This document shows positions 15,805 through 23,900 of a DNA stretch of 64,000 nt, one piece after another; position 1 is the first letter of the stretch; each line of letters begins with the position of its first letter. The notes under the pieces are model-generated. The model was not told the DNA's origin, did not search any database, and saw nothing but the letters and a program-made list of their open reading frames with translations. The position numbers were made by a program, and so were the translations under genes. Source of the DNA: a virus; the IMG/VR virus record IMGVR_UViG_3300025006_000001. One strand, written 5' to 3'.

Positions 15805-16018
15805 AATTGGTTATCATGGTGGAAGACTAAATTTAGGATTTGGAATTCTAAAAATAGAAGAAAGTAATACAATATTTGGAACTAGGTTCTTTGTAACTTT
15901 TGTTTGTGGATGTAATAAAGTATATTATAGTGCCTTTCAACCCACATTTCTAGAACAAAGTAAGTGTAAAAACCATTATTATGATTTAGGACCTTATAAC
16001 TTATTTCCGAAAATTTAA
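15776..16018 (+). CDS. Small Cys-rich protein, paralog family 2
   Basis: FVTFVCGCNKVYY...SKCKNHYY. TTG start. Confidence 0.45.
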   Translation: MKLKKKSIFRIGYHGGRLNLGFGILKIEESNTIFGTRFFVTFVCGCNKVYYSAFQPTFLEQSKCKNHYYDLGPYNLFPKI

Positions 16019-16203
16019 TTAAATGGGACCCTAGCAATAAAATTTTTCTTCATAAAGTAATAAAAAGATCTCCCAAAGAAATAAATCATCCTTGGGAGTC
16101 TTTTCTTTTTTGTGGGCATGTAGTAAAACATACTAAAAAAAGATCTTTAGGTTATTTAAAATGTTCTATTTGTAGAAAAGAAAGATATAAAATTTATTTA
16201 TAA
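16000..16203 (+). CDS. Family-2 paralog ORF lacking a canonical start codon
   Basis: Open frame ..IKWDPSNKIFLHKVIKRSPKEINHPWESFLFCGHVVKHTKKRSLGYLKCSICRKERYKIYL. No ATG/GTG/TTG. Lies in the -1 frame relative to 15776..16018. Confidence 0.35.
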   Translation, partial: LISENLIKWDPSNKIFLHKVIKRSPKEINHPWESFLFCGHVVKHTKKRSLGYLKCSICRKERYKIYL

Positions 16204-16445
16204 TGTTAATCAAACTCACTCCTAAAAATAATAAACTACACAGAGTCCTTAAATATGAAAAATGCATAGGAAGTTCTTACAGGTATACGTTTACTTTAAT
16301 ATGTGGACATAGTTATAATATTTGGATATGGTATGGAGATCGAACGTCTGGCCTTAATAAAAAATATAGATATTGTCCAAATTGTGCTAAAGTTTGGAAA
16401 CCCTCTAATCCTCCTAGATCTGGGGTTTATTGTGCTCCCTATTAA
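16203..16445 (+). CDS. Small Cys-rich protein, paralog family 2
   Basis: TLICGHSYNIW...YRYCPNCAKVW. Confidence 0.55.
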   Translation: MLIKLTPKNNKLHRVLKYEKCIGSSYRYTFTLICGHSYNIWIWYGDRTSGLNKKYRYCPNCAKVWKPSNPPRSGVYCAPY

Positions 16446-16632
16446 AATTTGTTGGACTGGAAATCTTAAATTTAGAGTTTTAAAACAACAAAAAATTTAT
16501 TATGAAAAAAAATATCATTACCAAACTAAAAGTTATTTAACTTGTGGTCATGTTAGATACTATTCAGGATCAGTTGATCTTAACAAAGATAGATATGCTA
16601 TATGTATAGAAGGATGTTCGAGTCTTTACTAA
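16432..16632 (+). CDS. Small Cys-rich protein, paralog family 2 (GTG start chosen; the ORF-track start at 16303 is rejected)
   Basis: YLTCGHVRYYSG...YAICIEGC. Confidence 0.45.
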   Translation: MLPIKICWTGNLKFRVLKQQKIYYEKKYHYQTKSYLTCGHVRYYSGSVDLNKDRYAICIEGCSSLY

Positions 16633-16835
16633 TGCTTTATATTATAAAAAGAAAAACCAAGTTCTCTAAAGAACATAAAAGATTTTTAATTTATAAAAAA
16701 ATATTTAAAGGCTGTAATTATTATGATATTTACTTAAGTTGTGGACACAAAAGAAATTGGATACATCAAAGTATTCTTAATTATTTAACAAATAAAAATT
16801 ATTACTATTGTGACCAAGGGTGTTCTAATATATAA
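16632..16835 (+). CDS. Small Cys-rich protein, paralog family 2 (internal ATG, TAATG overlap)
   Basis: YLSCGHKRNWIH...YYYCDQGC. Confidence 0.5.
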   Translation: MLYIIKRKTKFSKEHKRFLIYKKIFKGCNYYDIYLSCGHKRNWIHQSILNYLTNKNYYYCDQGCSNI

Positions 16836-16935
16836 AAAATAAGAAAATCCCAAAAGGATCAAATAGATCATTATATAACTCTTTATATTAAGATTAATCT
16901 CTAAAGTTATCTTATATATAAGGAGTTTTTTATTT

Positions 16936-17625
16936 ATGGCTCAAATTGGAAGTTCACTTTCCGGTTTACGTCCTGATACCGTAAAGAATCTTGTGCTCGA
17001 TGCCGGAGTGCTCTACGTTAACGCTAATATTGCAGATATGTTGTCTGCAACTACCGGCGCTGGTATTGCATTTAGTGAAGCTATTCGAGACACCAACACT
17101 TGGACCGATCCTAACGGTAACACCGTAGCCCCCAGAAAGCTCGGTGCGACTCGTGGAGGCACTACGTTCGCTATTAACAAAGAGGAACGCCAAGTAGAAG
17201 TAGACGGTCGCAGAACTAATATTAAGGGTCTTCAGCGCGTAGATATGATCTCGCCTTCCATTAGAACCTCTCTTTTGGAAATGGCTGATATTGATACTTT
17301 GCGTTTGGCTTTGGGAACTAGTATTCTTACTTCTTACCAAAACTTCGATTCGGTTCGTCCCGCCCTATATCCTAATGACGAAGACTATTTTGGTAATATT
17401 ACTCTTTTCGCTACGATTGCGCAGCGTGTTGCTCCTAACGGACAGCCCTTGCCTATCGCTATCGTAATGGAGAATTGCCGCGCTAATACGATTCAGGACG
17501 TTTCTATCTCTGATAAAAACGAAGCTGTAATGGAAATCGAATTGACCGCTCATAGTCTTGACTCTGACGCCTTCAATATCGGTTGCCAGCTAATCGTCCC
17601 TAAGAGATTAAGTGGCTATTATTGA
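16936..17625 (+). CDS. Major tail protein (tube), putative
   Basis: AAGGAG RBS. GC-richer, biased codon usage. GATRGGTTFAINKEERQVEVDGRRTNIKG pattern. Strong terminator downstream. Lies upstream of the chaperone and tape-measure genes. Confidence 0.5.
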   Translation: MAQIGSSLSGLRPDTVKNLVLDAGVLYVNANIADMLSATTGAGIAFSEAIRDTNTWTDPNGNTVAPRKLGATRGGTTFAINKEERQVEVDGRRTNIKGLQRVDMISPSIRTSLLEMADIDTLRLALGTSILTSYQNFDSVRPALYPNDEDYFGNITLFATIAQRVAPNGQPLPIAIVMENCRANTIQDVSISDKNEAVMEIELTAHSLDSDAFNIGCQLIVPKRLSGYY

Positions 17626-17658
17626 TACTACTAACTTCTAACCGAAGTTGCAGTAAAA

Positions 17659-17687
17659 AGAACCTTGGAAACAGGGTTCTTTTTTTA
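17659..17687 (+). terminator. Rho-independent terminator
   Basis: AGAACCTT-ggaaac-AGGGTTCT followed by TTTTTTT. Confidence 0.75.
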
Positions 17688-17697
17688 TGAAAAACTA

Positions 17698-17726
17698 TTG
17701 ACACTATCTAGTAATACCTTTATAGT
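17698..17726 (+). promoter_or_regulatory. Sigma70-like promoter
   Basis: TTGACA-17 nt-TATAGT. The ATG of the next gene begins 7 nt after the -10 box. Confidence 0.55.
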
Positions 17727-17732
17727 GGAACT

Positions 17733-18695
17733 ATGAATAGAGAACACTTTTCTCCTTTTATAGGAGATTTCAATTTTTTTAATACTAGAGTTAATCCCTT
17801 TTTAATAAAAAATACAAAATATTATAACAATACTGAATGTTGGATCTGGGAAGATAATGTTTGTCCTAATGGTTATGGTAAGTTAACTTATAAAAATAAA
17901 ATATATGCATTACATAGATTAGTCTATGTAATTTTTAAAGGTATTCCTCCTGAAGAATTAGTTTTAGACCATTTATGCAGAAATAGATCTTGTTGTAACC
18001 CAGACCACTTAGAACCCGTAACTCAATCAGAAAATGTTCGTAGAGGGGCTATTGGCCAATATTCTATCCACATAAATCATTGTAAAAAAGGTCATGAGTA
18101 TACCGAACAAAATTTAACTCTTCTTCAATACAAAAATAAAGACGGAAAAATAGGATATAAACGCCGATGTAAAGAATGCCTTAGGGTAAATGCTCATAAA
18201 TGTAGAAATAGAAAAGACCAAGCTAATTACCCAGAACTAGAGATTGACATAAATTATGTTCCACCTAGACAAAGAACTAGAGATAATAGTAAATTTCCAT
18301 GTGGGCACGAAAAATCTGAAAGTAATATTTTTGAATTTCAACATCCTTACTACAAACAAGGATTCAGAAATGTGTGTAAGGAATGTCACGAAGAGTCAAT
18401 TGCTAAAGGTGATTTAAGACGAAATTATTTTAAATGTGGCCATTCTAAAACAGAAGATAATCTTTTTAGAATTCAAGATAAGAATGACAATAGAGGTTAT
18501 TTTAATAAGTGTCTTATTTGTCATGACGCTAATTTAAAAGGTAGAGAAAAGAAAGTATGTATTAATGGACATGAATATACGGAAGAAAATACGGTTTTCT
18601 ACAATTTGAAAGATGGAACTAAGAAGAAAGACTGTAAACAGTGTATTTCTGATAGAAGAAATAAAGCTAAACAAAAACAAATTATAGAATCTTAA
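17733..18695 (+). CDS. HNH endonuclease with four C-terminal Cys-GHE repeats
   Basis: LDHLCRNRSCCNPDHLEPVTQSENVRR, then repeats of the type C(K/x)xGHE(Y/K)(T/S)E.N ... CKEC/CLIC/CKQC. Confidence 0.7.
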   Translation: MNREHFSPFIGDFNFFNTRVNPFLIKNTKYYNNTECWIWEDNVCPNGYGKLTYKNKIYALHRLVYVIFKGIPPEELVLDHLCRNRSCCNPDHLEPVTQSENVRRGAIGQYSIHINHCKKGHEYTEQNLTLLQYKNKDGKIGYKRRCKECLRVNAHKCRNRKDQANYPELEIDINYVPPRQRTRDNSKFPCGHEKSESNIFEFQHPYYKQGFRNVCKECHEESIAKGDLRRNYFKCGHSKTEDNLFRIQDKNDNRGYFNKCLICHDANLKGREKKVCINGHEYTEENTVFYNLKDGTKKKDCKQCISDRRNKAKQKQIIES

Positions 18696-18710
18696 CGATA
18701 GTTAAGACAC

Positions 18711-18740
18711 AAAGAATCTTGTTTCCAAGATTCTTTTTTT
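18711..18740 (+). terminator. Rho-independent terminator
   Basis: AAAGAATCTTG-tttc-CAAGATTCTTT followed by TTTT. Confidence 0.7.
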
Positions 18741-18757
18741 ATTACTAAATTAAGACA

Positions 18758-18783
18758 TAAAAAAACCTACCGGTTAAAGTAGG
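18758..18783 (-). terminator. Rho-independent terminator (minus strand)
   Basis: The minus strand reads CCTAC-tttaaccg-GTAGG followed by TTTTTTT. Confidence 0.5.
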
Positions 18784-18792
18784 CTAATCTTT

Positions 18793-19068
18793 TTAGATAT
18801 TTCTTAATAAAATCATTAATTTTGCATCATACCTTTGTATATCTTCTCCTATATAAGTATATAAATCTTTACTTATTTGATAATAAATATACATTTTATC
18901 CTTATCATCGCTTGTGTCTTTTGTGTAGCAAAGAATTCCCTTACCTTTTCTATTAAGGTGGTGTCCTCCATGACAAAGAACATGTTCATACCCCCTTTTA
19001 GCAAGTCTGGTTATAGAATAGTCTTCGTGTTTTTTTAACTTACCTAGATATAAAAATATTGGAATCAT
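18793..19068 (-). CDS. Small protein, paralog family 3
   Basis: ILCYTK...MYIYYQISKDLYTYIGE. Confidence 0.55.
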   Translation of the reverse strand: MIPIFLYLGKLKKHEDYSITRLAKRGYEHVLCHGGHHLNRKGKGILCYTKDTSDDKDKMYIYYQISKDLYTYIGEDIQRYDAKLMILLRNI

Positions 19069-19070
19069 AG

Positions 19071-19316
19071 TTAAATAACTCTCTTTAAATTTTTAAGTAA
19101 AGGAGCTTCCCATTGATTTGAACAAGTGCCTAAATAAAACCATATTTCTTCAGAGATTTGGAAATATACTAAAACTTGTTTGATATTGGCTCTTGGTGAA
19201 ATTACAGCTATTTGTCCTTTTGAAGTTCTATAAGAACTTATACCCTGATGCCATTCCGATTTAAAACCTTCAGCATCTTTTAAATTATAAACACAATCGG
19301 CTCTTAAAAAAATCAT
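19071..19316 (-). CDS. Small protein, paralog family 3
   Basis: IAVISP...VLVYFQISEEIWFYLGT. Confidence 0.55.
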   Translation of the reverse strand: MIFLRADCVYNLKDAEGFKSEWHQGISSYRTSKGQIAVISPRANIKQVLVYFQISEEIWFYLGTCSNQWEAPLLKNLKRVI

Positions 19317-19323
19317 TCTACTT

Positions 19324-19608
19324 TTACCATCTATCTCTTACTAATCTAAGTCTACGTATCCAATGAGATTGTCCAGTAGTAAATCCTATAAACATATAAA
19401 AAGTTTTAACTTTTTTATAGACAGCACAGGCTTGATCCTCGCCTGCTAAGGAATTCATTGCTGCATGAAGATAAACATCTGGTAATACTGTATGATTCCA
19501 TTTAACACAATCAAACATCCCAGTCCTGTTCCAATCTAAACAAAAGCTAGAATTTTTTCTAATTTCAGTTAGATTGGTTTCACTAAGAAATAAAGGAACT
19601 TTTTTCAT
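19324..19608 (-). CDS. Small protein, paralog family 3
   Basis: ACAVYKKVKTFYMFIGFT. Confidence 0.5.
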   Translation of the reverse strand: MKKVPLFLSETNLTEIRKNSSFCLDWNRTGMFDCVKWNHTVLPDVYLHAAMNSLAGEDQACAVYKKVKTFYMFIGFTTGQSHWIRRLRLVRDRW

Positions 19609-19895
19609 GCACTTACACCATACATTTTTAAATATCTACATCCATGATATAAATTTACACTTTCTCCTAAATACAGGAACGTTCTTTGTGCTATCTTTAT
19701 ATAACAAATAGTCCCATTTTCTTTTCCTGGAGCTTTATTAACACAACAAATAAGTGTGGCTATTCTTCCTACCCAAACTGAATAATCATAGCCTAAAGTG
19801 TCAGGAGGGTTACTAATGTCTTCTTTTGTAATTCCACAAGACTCGGAATCTACAAAATTAGAAGTTTTTTTAATATGAAGTAAAGCTGGATACAA
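19605..19895 (-). CDS. Small protein, paralog family 3
   Basis: TICYIKIAQRTFLYLGES. Confidence 0.55.
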   Translation of the reverse strand: MYPALLHIKKTSNFVDSESCGITKEDISNPPDTLGYDYSVWVGRIATLICCVNKAPGKENGTICYIKIAQRTFLYLGESVNLYHGCRYLKMYGVSA

Positions 19896-20030
19896 AACTA
19901 ATGTTCCCTATCGAGAGTTTTTTATGTCCTAGTCTAGCATACTTTAATCAAGTTGTCAAGTGGAAGGTTTTCTAAAAATAAATTACTAAATAAACTTTCA
20001 GTAATAATTATTTAAGGATTTTTTCTTTTA

Positions 20031-20531
20031 ATGTCTCAAAATTCTCATTTTCCAAATCTCCCTCTTTTTGAAATTGAAGGTGAGAAATATACTTTTAAGC
20101 GTCTAGGACATAAGCACGTATTTATGTTGCTAGGTATGGGTAAAGATCTTTGGTCTCTCGGTATGGGCGATTTCAAGATGCGTATGGAACGTTTTCAAGA
20201 ATTTTCTGAAAATACTCAAAGTCTCTCTCAAGACCTTTTACTTCAAATGTCCCTGCTCTTTGGTCTTGAATATATGAAAGCCAATTTGGACGAATTTCTA
20301 TTGAGTATTCTGCGTAGAGTTGATCCTGATAAAGGTCAAGTAGAAGTAACCCAAGCTCATTTGGATGATGAAAATAAATTCCCAGCTTCTTCTTTACCTT
20401 CTATGTTGTTTGAAATTGTAAAACATCCTGATATCGGTATGTTTGTATCCGCCTTTTCTAAGGGCGCTGATATCCCTTTTTTTCAAAAACTAAAGCAACA
20501 GACGACACCGGAATCGTCTCCGAATATTTAG
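20031..20531 (+). CDS. Tail assembly chaperone (gpG-like, zero-frame product)
   Basis: Lies immediately upstream of the tape-measure gene and carries a slippery T7 run near its 3' end. Confidence 0.6.
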   Translation: MSQNSHFPNLPLFEIEGEKYTFKRLGHKHVFMLLGMGKDLWSLGMGDFKMRMERFQEFSENTQSLSQDLLLQMSLLFGLEYMKANLDEFLLSILRRVDPDKGQVEVTQAHLDDENKFPASSLPSMLFEIVKHPDIGMFVSAFSKGADIPFFQKLKQQTTPESSPNI

Positions 20532-20914
20532 ATTTAGACTTCGATCATTACGATTACTGTATTCACTTAATACAAAAATCTTATGGGTGGACTGACGATG
20601 TTATCGACGGTCTACCCTTTTTACGTTTATTTACCTGTTACCAAATGTGTAAATACCAAGACGAAGTTGAATTTAATCAACATCGTTGGGCTGGTGCTTT
20701 TATTACTTACACTTTAAATGGAATGTTTGGTGGAAAATTAGATAATTTCGAAAATTGGTGTAATAACCTAGGAATGTTTTCACATAAAAAGAAAACAATT
20801 ATTAAGATTGATAAAGAAGAAGAAATTGCTAAGGCAAATAACACCTTTGAAAGCATGTTCTTATCAACTAGCTGGGATACCGATCTCCCTACAGAAAATA
20901 TACCAAGCGAGTAA
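20031..20914 (+). CDS. Tail assembly chaperone frameshift fusion (gpGT-like, about 294 aa); joins 20031-20483 to 20483-20914
   Basis: The ORF-track entry 20645..20914 is only the part after an internal Met. Its frame is the -1 frame of 20031..20531 and is open from 20471. Confidence 0.55.
20477..20483 (+). promoter_or_regulatory. -1 programmed ribosomal frameshift site T_TTT_TTT
   Basis: The zero frame reads ccT TTT TTT caa. The -1 frame is closed by TGA at 20468-20470 and is then open through 20914. Confidence 0.6.
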
Positions 20915-20920
20915 AGAGTA

Positions 20921-23900
20921 ATGGCTGATTTTAATTTTGATGTAGATTTTATCCTGGGTCTTCAACGATTAGCTCAAGACCTAGCTAAAGCTGAAAAAAT
21001 GACTACTCAATCTGGTAGTCAGATAGCCAAGACCTATTCTGATGCTCTTAACAAAATCAATGTTAAGAAAATCTTTGATACAAAAGACGTAGTTCTGTTC
21101 GGAGATAGAATTCGTTCGGTAGTTAATTCTTTTGAAGAACTAGCTCAAGAAGGTCAAGTTCCGTTAAAAATTCTTAACGCTGGTTTTAATGAAGTAGCTA
21201 AAAATGTAACTGCTGCTATGCGCAGCATGAAGATTCCTAAAGAGCTTCGTTCTGAGTTCATGGCTACTTTCAAAGATATGAGAGCAGAAACTCAGAAACT
21301 TTTCAGTCCTAGAAATAAAGAAAATAAAGTTCAAATTTCTTCCAATATTGAAGAAGTTTTAAATAAAATTGATTCTTTAACAGCTAGACTAGCTAATTTA
21401 GGTAAACAAAAAGTAAATATTGATATCGGTGGATTCGATGCTGCTGGTAAAAAATTAAACGATAACGTTAATGCTTCTCAAGGATATGCTAAATCTGATA
21501 GTAGTTTTTCTGGACCTGTTTCTACTGAAAAGACTAGAGGAGAACTTCGCTCTGATCGTGCTCGTGCTAAAAGAAATGCTAAAGATCGCATTAAGTATGA
21601 GGAAAGTTATCTTGCCGACGAATGGGGTGGAGTATTAAATAATACTTCACAATATACCGAATATTCTCATGCCGATTATAAAGAATTAGATGCTCGTAAA
21701 GCTGCCCAGGATAAAGCAGCCAAAAAGGCAGCGGATAAAGCAGCTAATGATAAACGCATTGCTGATAGTAGAGCTGAAAATAAAGCTAAAAGAGACGCTG
21801 AAGCGGAAGCCGTTAGACAAAGAAAAGCTGATACTAGAGCAAGACAAGCTCAGGCTGAAGCCGACCGTCAGGCCCGTAGAGAGGCTACCGAAGCCCGCAG
21901 GGCTGCTAACCAAGGCGGTAGTGGTGGAAGAGGTCGTGGAGGCTCTGGAGGAAGCGAAGGAGGCAGTCTTACAGACGCCCTTAACTTCCTTGCCTTCTCT
22001 CAATTCTCTTCCGCTTTAACGCGCTTAACTAAAGATATTATTTCCGCTTCCGGACAAATGGAACAATTCCAAAGACGTTGGAGTATTGTTGCTAGAACAC
22101 CGGATAGCAGTAAGAATTTTGATTTCTTAAAACAATACGCTGCTCAAAGTCCGTTTGATATGAGAGAAGTAATGCAAACCGGTATTGCCTTCTCTGCCCA
22201 AGCGAAGACTATTAAAAAGCTTGGAAGAGATTTCCAAGATACGATTAAAATGGCTGGTGAATTAGGATCTATTAATCCTGATGCTGGTATCGTAGACGCT
22301 CAAAAAATGATCAGCCGCATTATGGCTGGTGACAGTAACGGTCTTGAAATTGCCCGTTCTCAGTTTGGTATCTCTAATGATATCCTTGCTGATAATGGCG
22401 TATTAATCGGCTCTAATGGTGTAAGTCTTCAGTCTATTACTCAACGTCGTCAGGTAATGGACGCTATTGATAAATTTATTCAAGATACCACCAAAGGTCA
22501 AGGTGCAATGGTGCAATCCAGCACCCTTATGGGACGTATCTCAAATTTGGAAGATCAAATTTTCCAAACTTCGGCTGCACTATTTGAACCTCTATTACCT
22601 ATAATGAAAGAAGCTGTTAGTGCTACTGCAGACTTCTTAAAAGTATTAGCCGATTTGCCGGATGTTTTAAAAATCGCAATTGACGCTGTTCTTGTGGGAA
22701 TTACAGCTTTAGCTGGTGCTGCGGCTATTGGATCTGGTGTTCAATGGGGAGCCAAAGCTTTCGGTTTAACTGGAATGCTTGCTGGGGGAGCTGCTGAAGC
22801 CGCTGCCGGCGGCGTAGCTGCTCGCGGTGCTGCTAGTATGGGCGGACGAATGATTGCAGGCAGGGCCCTTGCCGGAGGCTTAGCTCAAACTGGGTTAGCT
22901 GCAGGTATTGGTGCTGCCAGTGGATCTATGAATGCCGGCGCAGGTGCTCAAGTAGCTACTAAAACTAACGCTATTGCTTCAGCATTAACTAGATTTGGGG
23001 CTGCAGTTACTAGTTTTCCCGTATTATTAATAGGTAGTATTTTCACTGGAATTGCTTTAGGTATTCAAAGATTAATTGATCTTGGTGAAGGTGGAAAAAT
23101 TAATGAGCTTCAAAAGAAAGCTCAGTCATCTAAAGATTGGTATACTTATAGAAATAATTTCTTAGACGAAAGAGATAGAAGAGGAACTACTCGTCAAGAG
23201 AACTCTAAGCATCTCCTTGCTTCTGATGAATATAAAAAATTAGGTATTCCAATGGAAGTGATTGAAGCTCTAGGAACTACTAGAAGATTTGATCAAAGAG
23301 CAAATGATCGTGCTTATTTAGATACTCATGATTCAACTTCTACATTTGCTCGTGGAAATAAAAAAGAAATTGAAGCAGAGCGTGAACGTCTGTTGGGTAT
23401 TCGCTACAGAGCCCGTATGGATATGATTAAGGGCTCTGACAATCCTGAAGACGAGAATTACAAAAAAGCTCAATCTGATGCTAATGCTGCTCAGCAAAAT
23501 TTAGCTAGATTAATGGGTAAAGAATTATCTGTTCCACTAGAAAATAACTTTGCTGATACTCTAGATAAGCTTTCTTTTAAAGACCAAATGGGCGATCAGT
23601 CTGCTTTAGGCGGTTCTCTAGTAGAATTAACTAAACAAGCTGGCCAATGGAAAGATCTTTCTAATGACGTTACTAAAAATGCTCAAGAAAGAATGGATTT
23701 TGCTCAAAAAGCTAGAGATGCTGAATTAAAAATTCTTCAGACTCAAAAACAAATTGCTGATAGAAATATTGCTTTTAATCAGTCTATTATTTCTGAACTA
23801 GCTGCTGTAGGTAAACTCTCTTATGAACGAGAAGCCGATAGTTTATTTGCTCAGTCTTCTATGATTGTAGGAAATACTCCTGAAGATGACAATAAGCGAA

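Noticed and set aside
16303-17553. ORF-track start 16303 for the family-2 paralog, and the antisense ORFs 16966..17340(-) and 17365..17553(-)
   Set aside because: The 16303 start would run through most of the preceding paralog in another frame, so a GTG at 16432 was preferred. The two minus-strand ORFs are antisense to the well-supported major tail gene.
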